Positions 24,851 to 37,555 of a stretch of 64,000 bases of DNA are shown piece by piece (within the stretch, counting starts at the first letter, position 1; the number at the start of each line of letters is the position of its first letter). The stretch spans positions 62,000,001 through 62,064,000 of the forward strand of contig NW_026889803.1 of NCBI RefSeq assembly GCF_033153115.1, read 5' to 3'. A model generated the notes under the pieces. It was not told the DNA's origin. It saw only the letters and a list, made by a program, of their open reading frames with translations, and did not search any database. The position numbers and the translations under genes are program-made. This stretch comes from Saccostrea echinata (Eukaryota).

Positions 24851-25671
24851 GATCCCATAAGATGGAATTTCGTTAAAAATTTTAGTAAAATTACTCATTT
24901 ATTCAGGAATTTCACACAAGGTACGAATATCTGTTTGTGTATAGAACTATTTAAAGTGTTCCTGCTCTCAATTTATCCTAAATTTGTTTCTTATTTGTCA
25001 GGTCGTAAGATTCTTGACCATAGATATATTGAACTGACCACTGGCTTCGTTTGAGTGATTGACTGATAGATAACAGTGTTATGCATTTACGAACAGCTCT
25101 GCATCTACTTTTGCTTGTCAGATGAGTTGTTGACATGTTTTTTTTTCATTGAGAAGTAATATGGTCTGACCAGTTTCAAAATACTCGGGATTCATTTTAT
25201 GATAAAGTACCTTTTGACCTGTGGAATTATTAATTCGTTCAGTGTCCGCTTAAAGTTTATAAATACTGTTAGCATCCTTATTTACTACAAAATATGGTCA
25301 CGAACTTTGATAAGATATTTGAATGAAGTTTATACTTCTGAAATATTGAGGTAAGCATATTCTTCAGCAGGGTGATATCATTCATTCATTCATTAATGGT
25401 GACTTCAGACTTTTATCTTTCTTTCTGTGGTGTTTAAATTTAGTCTAAATATTTTGTTCATGAGCTCAATTATTAAATGATGCAGCCAACACAATTTTAT
25501 AATGGTCTCTTGATGTATAAATTAACCTGGTTAAAAATTAGTCATAGAAAATTACTATGAAAATCTTAGTGATTTTCAAAGAAAAAATATTTTTTAACTT
25601 GCAAAGTGGCAGAATAAATATATACTAAAATCATTTCAGTTGTAAAAAATGATGTAGCTGACTGATCACCA

Positions 25672-25866
25672 ATGGCAACAGCTGATACACAATCGGCAAA
25701 GCCTCGGAGTAGTCGTCGTAGACTTCATAATCCACAGGTGGAAAATGACTTTGCACCAGGAGATGGGGAACCACCTGCAAGACCCCCACCTCTGCAGCGG
25801 TCACAGTCCCAGAGAGAGAGACCAACAAAACAGCTGGATTTCTACCAAGCCATGTTGGATTTCAAA
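25672..25866 (+). CDS. CUEDC1: CUEDC1 coding exon 1
   Basis: ATG after acceptor at 25639; ends QAMLDFK|gtat. Confidence 0.88.
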
Positions 25867-28800
25867 GTATATTTACTTATCTTCAAATGAAATTATTTTG
25901 AACTTTCGCCAACCTCCTAAAATATGATGAAGAAAAGGAACCAAAAAAAAAAGACACATAATTATTCAGATTTTGTTTTTTCTGCACACTTAATGCACTT
26001 TTTAGTTCTTTTGCTTCAAAATTGAAATGATTATGTTCAATGGTCCACCAATTGTCCATTAAATTTTTATATACATAATTAGAATTCTGTGCTAAATGGG
26101 AAATCGTCTCGGTGTCTTACGCCTTTACTATACCTTATTTTCATTGCAGGCAATGTTCCCAACAATGGATGCGGATGTGATTGAGGCAGTTCTGAGGTCT
26201 AATGATGGGGCCGTTGATGATACTATAGATCAGTTACTGACTATGAGTATTGACGGTGTTGACAAAGACTTTGTGGACATACCTCCAGAGCTCATTTCTC
26301 CTGTATGTTTAGAATGTTAGATTTCCAGCTCATGAGAGCCAAAGGCTAAAGTTATCTTTTCTGATGAAAATTTGTAGTCTGTCTACTTCTGCATGTATGT
26401 CTTCTTAAATCAAGGGATTATTGTGGCCTTTTGGTACTAGCATTAAAATGAGCTTTAACAGAAGAATTATTTGCTATTTATAAAGTGGGTTTCAATAATT
26501 GACAGAAAAATCTCTCTAAAAAATAAAATTGGACAGGAAAACATAAAATTTGTTTTTATTTACTACAGTAGTATTATTTGTAATATCTTGCCTGATTTCT
26601 TCCAGTTTATTTGTATTGAGTATATAGCCAGAAGTTTCCTTAATACTCAAATGAAATTGTTCTGGTAAATGATCATGAAAAACACTGATCCACAAGAACT
26701 GTTAAACAGGCTACCTAGTTCACCTTTTGACAAGCTTCAATGTTTATTTTTTCAAAGTTGCCATTTTTATGCTCAGAATGTGTAATCCGGTTATTCTGTA
26801 CAAAATGGTGGCATAATTCAGTTAGATACATGTGTGTCATAAATTTAAAAACAAGCTTAAGTAAATCAAATGAATTAGTGCCTATAAAGCCGTGAAATCT
26901 TCCATTAAGAATTTGTTGGTTGGTTTTAAAGGTGGAGGATGGTTGCCCGACCTACCATGAGAAGCGAACTGAAGATTCTCCACCGTCATACACAGAAGCT
27001 GTCCAGTCAAACAACAGTATCTGGACCACTCCCATTACACAAGCAACGAGTAAAACCTCACCAACTCCACCAAAGAGGAGCCCTATAAGGTTAGCTTTGT
27101 TATGTAATGACTACTAACTTAAGAAGGAAGGCAAGCTAACTTTCAGGGGCTGACAAATCCCTTTGCCTGATGCCTGGTGAGCTAGTGAATTTTAGGGGTG
27201 GGCAAGTGAATTTTTAATAGGTACTTGTCCTTGGAAAAGTGACTTTAAAAATTCAATCCTTAGATATTTAAAAATAAGTCATAGTTTTACATTTAATTGA
27301 AACTATTTTATCTTTATTTTATACATACTTTTATAGTTTATGGTGGGGCAAGTTAAAATTGAGGTAGGGTAAGTGAATTATGACCATGCACATGCCCATG
27401 GGCAAGTGCTTAAAAATCTATTTGTCAGCCCCTGAATTTTTTCATTGATCACAATATCCGAAATTGGAACTTTGACTTGTGCTCTGAAAATGTTAAAAGC
27501 TTAAGAAAATCATAGTGAAAACTTTTACCTGCATTTTAATTGCACTGGAACATACTCAATCATTTGAGATAAACAAGCAGTGTGAAAAAGATACTGTACG
27601 TGTACATTAATTGGCGTATTCAAAATTTAGCGCAATCACTGGGTATGGAGTTGCTGGCGAAATCATGAATTAACGCTATACATGTCCATGCCGTATATTG
27701 TATTTATAAATGATTTCTTAGTGGTACATTGTATTAATGAATTAGCGCATTGTTGTCTGCCCCAAAGCTGCTAAAATATGAAGCCCGCTTTTTTAAGTAC
27801 ACATACAGTACATATTATGTATTTAGGAACGGAGTCATTTGTATAGAACAAAAAAAAACATAATTTGCTTACTTGTCTGAACCAGTATTATAAAGTACAA
27901 CTAACAATATCCTCAGAGCTTCGGTAAACAGTAAAATTTTCATATTTAATGATACCCCTTCTCAAAGTTCCTGTCAAATTGCACTCCACCACTGTATGAT
28001 GTGATGGTCATTATTTTCTCTTTATTTACTAGATCAAACACAACCCCTACCCCAAAGACTCACAGTCATGGACATAGCAAATCATCATTGCATCATCATA
28101 GTCGTTCATCACATCATCATCACCATCATCATCGCAGGAGTCATCGAAGTCGACAGAGTGATGACGTGGTGGACTCGCTAGCTCTTTCTAATACAGAACC
28201 AAAGAGACCCCTTCCCAGCTCCCCAGTAAGTCACAGCACCCCTGTCAAGAGTGGCTTCAGAAATTGGAATCCTCCAATGCTGGGGACCCTCCCTGATGAT
28301 TTCCTGAGATTAACAGTGCCAAAGTCTCCTGATCCACTCTCACTGGAGGGATTTTTACCACACAACTCAGAGAGAACTCACCACAATATCAGTAGGAGAA
28401 ACAGGCACACTGAGAGACTGTCAAACAGTAGCAGTGAGCACAAGAAAAAAATATCACGGAGTCGTAGTGAGCGAGCTCCTGAAAGACCCAAGTGGTCTCA
28501 TGGAGGTGAAAGTTTACCTGTGGTACATGCTCATGGGAAAAGTGTAGACGTGTCTCCAGGGATGTCCAAATCATTGGTAAGCTTATTTCTTGTGACCTGA
28601 ATATTTTAAAGTCTCTCATGGTAAATTTCCTTGGAACTTTGAAGGCTCTCTCTTTGTGCATTCTAATACTCATGCTTTAAATGTACATGTAACCTGTATT
28701 ATAATTTTCTGGAAAGATACCTGTTTTGCCCCAGACCTTATGTACTTCAGATCTTGGATAGTACCTGCATTTTTTATGCTGCAGAATGAGATTTCTATTT

Positions 28801-31190
28801 GATATCAGGTTAACTTCAAAGTCATATGAGGGTTTTCAATATGATTATATTTAATAAAGATAGCCCTCTTGACTTGCTTAAAACAGGGATTTACCCTTTA
28901 GAGAGAACTTTGGAAAGGATGCAGAACCATAAGTAGTATTGTTTGCTTTGCTTGAAAAATTCACAAAGGGAGGTGAATTTCTGAAAAACTTGTCATTATA
29001 CTCGTATACATGTACGTCGTAGAAAACAAAGGTAAACACTGCCAATTCTCATACAAGTCCAACCTTCCTGCAGAAAGAAACATTCGTTTCTCTGATTTCT
29101 CATTTACCGGTAAAGGTAATTAAAAAAACAGAATCTTACAAGGAATTTCACAGGAGTGTATTTGGATCACTCAAAGTCATCTGAGGTTTACTGCCCAAGC
29201 AAGGTCATTGAAGTTTACTGACCAAGCATGGTCTGCTGAAGATGATCAATGAATATCATAGAGAATTTACTTGTTTATTACTCTCTTACTATATCTGTAC
29301 GATGAGATGTTTATTTCCTTGTTTCATTGTTATTTACTTCCATGTTTGTAGATAATTTCCTCACATGAATTCAGTCAAGATATGCTGGATGAAAAGTTGA
29401 AGGAAAATGAGCGACGGAGAAGGAAGGCTGTGAAAAATGTTGATCTAGAAATGTCCCAGTATTTGGAGGATGAACGTCTTGCTATAGCTCTACAAAACAG
29501 TGAATTTTTACAGGAGCTTCGGGGGAATGAGGACTTCATGAAAACTTTAGAGAAAGGTACTGAATGTAATGTGTAAGGTTATTGAGCGATTTCAGCACTG
29601 GATAGCTTAAGGAAGTCTTTTCTTGTGTTTTAAGGAAATATTTTTTAATTTGTCTGTGGATTTTTTTATGTGTCAAAAAGGAATTTTTTCAATTAAATTT
29701 AGTCACGTACAGGGAATATTGTTTAGTAGGACTTGCCAGTTTTTCATTGAATAAAATCCCCACACATTTTGACACACTAGTTATCAATGAAGTGACTTGG
29801 CAGGGAAGAAGGATGTTGATTATTTTATTAAATCTTTTCAGATCACAGGGATATGGCTTCATTTGAGCCTACTGTATTACCTGCCTTACAGCCAAGGGAG
29901 ACAACAGGTATTTTTGTAGAGAATCATAATATAGAGGTTGAAAAATTTGTATTAGTATTCACTTTGTTTGTTCCTAGAAAATTACACATCAAAAAACGTT
30001 CATACCATGGCAAGTTTTGGAGGATATCTCTGCATAGGAAACTAGTGTCATTTGTATATTTGGTAACTCTTCATTTCAGCTACAAATGGTTATGGTGATG
30101 ACAGACAGACAAACCTGGAACCATTTCCATTTACCCAGACTTCCCCAAAACAAAAGGATGAAGATGCGGAGCTACGACGACAGCTTAATAATATGGGCGG
30201 AGGTAAAGATATTCACATTATCTCTCAGAACTGACAACTGGTGAATTTTTTCAATTGAAAAGTTATATGCATTGTGTATTTGCTCATTAAATATTGGTAC
30301 ATGTAGATATTAAAAGCCTTAGAAAGAATAGAAAGAGCTTAAGTCTGAAGAAATGTTATGTTTTTATAGCATCCAAGAAGCAATTCATGGCACTAGCCAA
30401 GAAGTTTTTCTCCAGAAGGAAGAAGAAGATGACTTTGAAACAGATGTATCCTTCCTTGACTTAGTGTCTTGTCAGATTTAATATACACTGTACTTTTCCC
30501 AATAATCTTAACCTTACATAAAGAAAACAGTATGTACATGTACTTAACTGATTATCTGTTATTTAGAAGAATGTGTATAGATCTGTATCATTGTCCTTAA
30601 CTATGAATCAGTCAGAAGGAGAAGCTGGCTCCATCTATGGTCAACCTGCTGGATAGCGATGAAGAAGACTTTGTCCCTGATGAGGACTCAAACCCATATA
30701 ATCAAAAGGCTGAGATAGAGCCACTGGTAAGGATTAAACTGATCAATAGCAGTGCAATCTTATTTCAGAAAAGGAATTAATTATTGATAGAATGTTGTTT
30801 TGTTCCCCTCCTTTTCCTTTAAGTGTTGTTACTGTGTTGATAGGTACAGTATCCCTAAGCTAGATAATACTGTAAATCACTTTTTATTTGCAAGAACTTT
30901 ATTTTTGCGTAAATTACGCGAGACAGTGTGCTTGCAAAACTTTCATTCTCGCATATAATAGCATTCCTTAAGATTATATAGAGAAGTAACCACAATACGT
31001 GAAATTTTTATCTCGCTAATAAAGAAGTAATGACTTTCTCGTGAAAAAAAGATGTTGCGAGGTACAGATGTGTTTACTTTTATTTCAGCCGGACAGTTTA
31101 CTGAGGATACCTAATGTACGTACAGCTGATCACCAGCGGACCAGTAGTGTGCCCGTCTATCATGACAATAAAGCCACAGATTTTATATGA
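25672..31190 (+). CDS. CUEDC1: CUE domain-containing protein 1 (ubiquitin-binding CUE domain), 578 aa, 10 coding exons
   Basis: Exons 25672-25866, 26150-26302, 26932-27089, 28033-28576, 29352-29556, 29842-29907, 30080-30202, 30370-30445, 30612-30726, 31089-31190 sum to 1737 nt in one open frame. Motifs: LDFYQAMLDFKAMFPTMDADVIEAVLRSNDGAVDDTIDQLL (CUE), RNWNPPMLGTLPDDFLR, YLEDERLAIALQNSEF. Confidence 0.92.
26150..26302 (+). CDS. CUEDC1: CUEDC1 exon 2 (CUE domain)
   Basis: MFP...LL CUE motif. Confidence 0.93.
26932..27089 (+). CDS. CUEDC1: CUEDC1 exon 3
   Basis: Within ORF 26920..27117; contains PPSY; phase match. Confidence 0.8.
27144..27434. mobile_element. hAT-like MITE in CUEDC1 intron 3
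   Basis: 15-bp TIR caggggctgacaaat / atttgtcagcccctg; flanks aacttt / aatttt. Confidence 0.8.
28033..28576 (+). CDS. CUEDC1: CUEDC1 exon 4 (His-rich, WNPPMLG motif)
   Basis: Within ORF 28001..28600; gtaagc donor. Confidence 0.9.
29352..29556 (+). CDS. CUEDC1: CUEDC1 exon 5
   Basis: YLEDERLAIALQNSEF motif. Confidence 0.9.
29842..29907 (+). CDS. CUEDC1: CUEDC1 exon 6
   Basis: tttcag/gtattt, phase 1-1. Confidence 0.75.
30080..30202 (+). CDS. CUEDC1: CUEDC1 exon 7
   Basis: EDAELRRQLNNMG; phase 1-1. Confidence 0.85.
30370..30445 (+). CDS. CUEDC1: CUEDC1 exon 8
   Basis: SKKQFMALAKKFFS. Confidence 0.85.
30612..30726 (+). CDS. CUEDC1: CUEDC1 exon 9
   Basis: PSMVNLLDSDEE; gtaagg donor. Confidence 0.8.
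31089..31190 (+). CDS. CUEDC1: CUEDC1 terminal exon
   Basis: tatttcag acceptor, in-frame TGA. Confidence 0.72.
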   Translation, partial: PDSLLRIPNVRTADHQRTSSVPVYHDNKATDFI

Positions 31191-31313
31191 ATCACCACTC
31201 TAGACAGCAGAGAGTCTATAAATGGTGAACCACCAGACTTCACCACAACAAAGCCACATTATATGATATCACCACACTAGACAGCTGAGAGTCTATAAAC
31301 GGTGAACCACCAG
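31165..31313 (+). repeat. 80-bp tandem duplication spanning the CUEDC1 stop codon
   Basis: acaaYaaagccaca..tatatga..tcaccac.ctagacagc.gagagtctataaa.ggtgaaccaccag occurs twice. Confidence 0.85.
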
Positions 31314-31752
31314 GCCAGTTCTAGTTAGAGACAGTTCTATTTCAGGGTACACAAAGTCCTCCAAGCAATAAGTATCACCTCTCTGAACCTTTGATGCAAT
31401 ACATGTGTTATTAAGAACAATAGTTTGTTTACTTGATTTTGAACAATGGCCAGTTTTGACCTGGCTTTAATATTGTTTTGATTCTCTGTACTTTTTGTAA
31501 CTGTCTCCAGTGTTTTTTGACAGTTTCTGTATTTTTTTATTAATTTCATTAACATCATTTATTAATCAAGTGTCTCATAGTGTATACTCAATAATTCATC
31601 TAAAATACTGTATGTATATTTTATGAAGAACTATTTTATATTACATTGTATAGAAGGCTTATGTCTATAGTTGTGATGAGAAATGTAATCTTACTTATCT
31701 GAGTGACTTTTAAATGACTAGCAATTATGTCAAGTATTCAGCTGTATTTTTT

Positions 31753-32722
31753 TAGCTCACCTCGACGAAGTCGAGATGAGCTTATGCTATACCCCCGGCG
31801 TTGGCGTCGGCGTCCGGGTTAAAGTTTTAGGAGCAGGTCCCATTCCCAAGTTACTATAAGCCCTACCTGGACCAAACTTGCATGGATGATGCATCTAGAA
31901 TGGACACTGCCACACTTGCTTCGGATGCTGGATCTGACCTAGATTTTCCAGATGAGTGACCAGGTTAAAGTTTTTGGAGCAGGTCCATTCCCAAGGAACT
32001 ATACGCCCCACCTGAACCAAACTTATATGGATGATGCATCTAGGGATGGACACTACCACACTTGCTTCGGATGCTGGATCTGACCTAGATTTTCCAGATG
32101 AGTGACCAGGTTAAAGTTTTTGGAGCAGGTCCATTCCCAAGTAACTATACGCCCTACCTGGACCAAACTTGCATGGATGATGCATCTAGGGATGGACACT
32201 ACCACACTTGCTTCGGATGCTGAATCTGACCTAGATTTTCCAGATGAGTGACCAGGTTAAAGTTTTTGGAGCAGATCCTTTCCCAAGTAACTATAAGCCC
32301 TACCTGAACCAAACTTGCATGGATGATGCATATAGGGATGGACACTACCACACTTGCTTCGGATGCTGGATCTGACCTAGATTTTCCAGATGAGTGACCA
32401 GGTTAAAGTTTTTGGAGCAGGTCCATTCCCAAGTAACTATACGCCCTACCTGGACCAAACTTGCATGGATGATGCATCTAGGGATGAACACTACACACTT
32501 GCTTCGGATGCTGAATCTGACCTAGATTTTCCAGATGAGTGACCAGGTTAAAGTTTTTTGAGCAGGTCTATTTCCAAGTAATTATAAGTCCTTCTTAAAC
32601 CAAACTTGTATAGATATTGATCTTGGGATGTACACTAACTAGAAAAAATATGATGTGAGATTTGCCTTACTTATAGATAACCTTCGTCGAGGTGAGCTTC
32701 GTAATCTTTGATTACCTATGTT
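31753..32722 (+). mobile_element. Young Helentron-like HINE with ~5.6 x 146-bp internal tandem repeat
   Basis: Perfect sub-TIR agctcacctcgacgaag / cttcgtcgaggtgagct, ggcgtY microsatellite, 3' gtaatc-gattac hairpin, T-rich flanks. Confidence 0.88.
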
Positions 32723-35700
32723 TTTTGGGGGGGGGGGGGGGGGGGTCAACTATCAACACATACATGTATACAATTAATTTGATCTTCTTGCACAATTTCC
32801 AGTGCCTGAAAAATCTAATACAGTATTACACATGTACCATCTGTGGTCTTTTTCTTGAATTGGAAATCTTGCATTGTTTGTTAACCAATTTTATGATACC
32901 TGTGGTGAAATCTACTTTATAAAGAGTTTCTATGAAAATATTAAATTGCCTTATTGTACGCATTTCTGTCACAGAGGGAAAAACAAAGTTATCCTCCAAA
33001 AATAGTGATGCTTGAATTAAAACAAATGGAGCTTGAAGTGAAGTATTTGTTAAGATCTTTGAGCTTTAGTTTTACTGTTTTATTGCAGCAACTGTACATG
33101 GAAGGATTTTATGTAATAAGTTTCCTTTTGTTTAAAATACATAATGGTTTTCTTCACTTTCTTATGATCCTCATAATTTACTTTCTAAATCATTCTCTTC
33201 ATAAGGTGCTTTTATACAATCAAATAAGTTGTATCTTTTGTACATATTTAGATATTATATTTATTATTTGTGTATTATTTTTGTACCATTATTAGTTTAT
33301 ATACAGACTTCAGGGTGCTGTATAAAACACTCTGATTAAAGGCTAAATTTAGATTAATCTTGCATTGCTTTAGATTTTAAACATTGAACTTTTCGAATTG
33401 CTTTAGATATTGATCTTCTCGAGATGTCTTCATCAGACAACACACATTGCCAATTACAATAGTAACAGACATCATGTAGAATTACATTAATTTTTTTTGT
33501 TGGTATCTTGTACACCTGGGTTCTCAGTCTTTGATAATCTTAGTGGTATGTATACTATAAAATTGCTGTACTAATTACAAGCAGGGTAAAGTATAAGAAG
33601 CTCTTAATGAAATTACTGACTGGGTATTTCATATCATGATGCAATAATCATACATGTGCATGTATTTCATGTTTCATTAATTGTCACACACAATGCATGT
33701 TAAATGTAACCTGTAGTTATCAATTGAACAGCAACTTGATGTTTTTAGTCTTAACAATTTTTTTTTATAGAATGGAAATTTCATTAATTTGATTACACAC
33801 TGGTTCATTACAAATATCATATGTTACCAAATATAATATCCTTCATCAGATAGAGATGTATTGGCAGGACTTTAATCAACAAAAAGTAGGTTTTGTTCTT
33901 TGATTCACATGTGAAAAAGACATTGAGAAACAGATGTACCGTACACTATTAGATACCACATTTAGCTAGATTATTGGGATATTTACAAATTACCTGTTAC
34001 CTGTACAGTTCTTTTTTCCTGATGTACTCTGAACAAATCATTTAAGACAATTAGACATTACATACATATATTTAAAAATCCTCTCTTATAAATACTGTAA
34101 ATACTCATTGACATTTTATCAGAAAGTTGTCCACTCTTTATGACTGTGTACAGTACCAAGAAATTATTAAGAAATAAGAGTTGAAAGCCTTGTAGAGAAT
34201 TGAGAACACAGTTGTTTGCTCTTTGTAAATACCTCGGCTGATTGTAAGACAACAAACAATATAAAGGGTAATGCAATATTACTTCTTATCATTTATTACA
34301 TTTAACTTCTTAGTATTTTGGTTGTTTTTAGAGTTCTGTTATTGAACTTTTAACAAATTAAATCAGTTTCAAATAATCCAGTGTTTTATCATTTGTGCAG
34401 TTTTCTTTGTTAGAAGATAACACACACTTTATTGTCATGCGTAGGGTATGTATGCCTCCTTGGGCCTGTTAACTAGCCTCTATTTATTTTAATTCCATAT
34501 TAAGCTTTAGTAATGCTGTGTATGTGAGAACTTAATGTCAACATGTACAGACTGTGTGTATTAAAGTATATGTAATACTATCTGATGTAAATTTTGTGTA
34601 TAGAAAATTGGGGAAAATGATGTTCTCGTACATGAAATAGGGCTCTTTATGCAGTTATTTATAAAACTTGAGGCCAAATTTTCTAGCATTAATCAAAGCA
34701 GTGTGATCTACTGACCTACATTAACAAGTTAATATGTACTCTTCATCTGATGTAGTTTTATGTCACTCAGTAAAAATACTCAACATGTACAACTGTATAC
34801 CATTTTAATTTGATCAGCACATACTGAATGAGAGTTGTGCCTTAGGTCTGTAAGAACCTTCACATAATACCTAATTGAGGTAAAACTTTGAAGAAGTTAA
34901 AGAATTTTTTTATAATTCAAAGAAGGGGCTATGCCTCCTGTTTTTAAAATTAATAATATAATTTTTCAGTATTAATGACTTTTTGAGCAAAAAAATGGAC
35001 TTAATCCCATGATTACAGTTTTTTGCCTCCTAGTATGAGGGAAATACAGTTTTCAACTTCTCCACACTTTCTTAACCATTTATTAAAAGATAAACAGATA
35101 ATATTTACATTATCTGATTTAATAAAAGCATAACAAATTTGTTACTAAACATTTTACAGCCTTGTTTTTAATTTCAAATAAGACTTTAGTTTAATTGGAG
35201 CAGTGAGCTTCCTGTGACCAAGTATTGTCTTGCTAGTGATGACTATTGGTTGTACAGACTACCTCTGTAAGTGTACACTGGTTATGTTAATACTGTGTTA
35301 TTGTTATTTAGATCAATATGTAACCTGTTCATTATGTGTGTAGATAATAAAGTTAATTTGTTCATTTCTGTTTATCTTGTAGTATTTCAGTCTGTGGTAA
35401 TTAATGCAATGCTGTGAAGATTCCTTCACTCAGTGTAGTACGGTATTTAGAACAACTCACTCCAAATTTAAACTTATGACTTTGACCTTTGATTTATCAA
35501 AATTGTTGATCTCGCGGGAGCAACAATGAAGGATGCCTTCATTCACAGAGAATATTTGGCACAGTATCTTTCAGTTTTTGTTTTATGACAATTACCTCTC
35601 ACTTGTCAAAATTCTTGATTTTGCAGGAACCCAAGACCTATCTACCCTCCAGATTTACATGTAATTTTTAACTTCCCCCTTCCACAGTATGATCTACAAC

Positions 35701-35754
35701 TTAAAAAAAAATCTCCAAACTTCCTGATTTTCACAATTTTTGGTTTTACAACAA

Positions 35755-36395
35755 AACATGAAGATACATTAACTAACAGTAATTAAGGACACAAGTCCTT
35801 TGAAACAGTACAAATTGTGAGCAGAGCAAACATGCACCTTTCAAAATATCAGAGGTGGGATCAGGTGCCATGGAGGAGTAAGAATTCCCCGTGGACCAGT
35901 CACACCCATCTTGTGCTTCTTGGATGATCAGGTAAATGCAAAAATCCATAGACAATTAATTGAGAGAATAATGGCCTAACAATATGTATTAAAAACATCA
36001 GTCAACATTTGACTTAACAAATAATGATAGATTGTCTTTGCTATCAAGTTCATTTTATCAACCCTTGAATTGGCAGAATGTTGACTCTAAACGAGACTGT
36101 ATATCCTTGTATCATCAACTTATTTGTCAATAGCTTGCCTCATTTTAGAAATTGTACGTAGAACATGCTTTTGTGTATCGAATCAACTGGGAGACAAACT
36201 CCATATGCAGGTGATAATGGTATATTGCTACATTAAGGGAAGTTGACAGTAGAGAAGTTGAAGTCATCATGTTTTTCATTAAGTTTAGTTGCTACTTTAC
36301 CATTAATGTCTTTCTCTAGTAAACTATCCAAATATGAAACAGATGTGTCAGACTCTGAGGTTTCTTATTTTGAGTTCAAAGGAATAAATTGAATG
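35755..36395 (-). mobile_element. 5'-truncated Penelope-like retroelement fragment
   Basis: Shares the cagaggtgggatcaggtgcc..ggaggagtaag tail and decayed RT C-terminus with 55130-56150. Confidence 0.75.
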
Positions 36396-36853
36396 TAGGA
36401 ATGAAAATGAATATTGTTAATTGATAAAATTTTGTCGATTTATCTAAAGAGCAAATTGAAGGCTACAGCAAGAGAATTCTTACCAATAACACTTGAGCAA
36501 TAGTTATACAGATGCTTCAGTGATGCTGAATTATCAAACGATTTTCAATCATTAAAATTTCAAGGTGCCCAGATGGATGCATGCTAAACATAAATTGGGA
36601 AATTTAAATTGTTAGAATAGCCTGAGAAAATGTTCTCTGAAACTTTGCAGTAAGAGAATGTCTGACATATATATCTAAAACTTTTCAAAAATATTTTGAA
36701 CTGTAAAGTAACATTTTCCCACTTTTCACCATGCTGTATCAAAAGGGTAGTTCTTACAGTCATGGGTCAACAAAGTTAATGCACAGAGAAGACCTGGATA
36801 ACTTTGTCATATCAAAGTAAATTTTAAGAAGTTTTACCTTTTTATAAATACTA

Positions 36854-37429
36854 CTGTAAAAGCAGAAATATTCGCTGGGGATTAAATTTCGTTTATTTCA
36901 CTGTTTACAATTATCAACGAAATTAAATCCCTCACAAATTTTTTATATGACTATATATTGAGTAGGGTAACTTTCTAAACAACGAAATTTAATGCCAACG
37001 AAACCTTTTTTCAGATGACCAGGGCTCGAAATTATTGATGGCCCGCTGGTCTGGGGCCAGTGAATTTTCAATCTGTGCTAGTACATTGCAGAAGGCATGT
37101 GCAATTCAGCATTTTTTTTATGCATAATAAAATTCATTTATAGTTGGGCTAGCTAACTTGACAGGGTTGTGTGTCCAAACTTCTTCTGTTTCTTGTTTTG
37201 TTAAATTGTACTTCTAAGTATCACAATATAACAAAATATTACTATCATTATTAAGGTTCTGGGCCAGTCTTTTGAAAATCTACTGACCCAGTGGGACAAT
37301 GAAAGTACTAAGCTGACCAGTAAAAATTTAAGGCGATAGCCCGAGTGACTAGTAAACAAAAATAATTATTTCTAGCCCTGATGACAAATCAACGAAATTT
37401 TATCCCCATGAAAATTTGCATTTCTACAG
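36854..37429. mobile_element. ta|ctgta-ended MITE with nested hAT-like MITE (37020-37380)
   Basis: Inner TIR cagggctcgaaat / atttctagccctg with 5-bp TSD atgac. Confidence 0.75.
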
Positions 37430-37555
37430 TACTTTCCAGTGAGCATTTGTGACGTGTTTTCTAAAAATGTAGACATGGCCACCATACAGAGAGTATAAAA
37501 ATCTATAAAAAGAAAAAGTACAAACTGCAAAATATTATCTCCATTTATTTCTTTT

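Noticed and set aside
29978-30045. Possible extra CUEDC1 exon after ttcctag
   Set aside because: In-frame TAG and no donor in the required phase.
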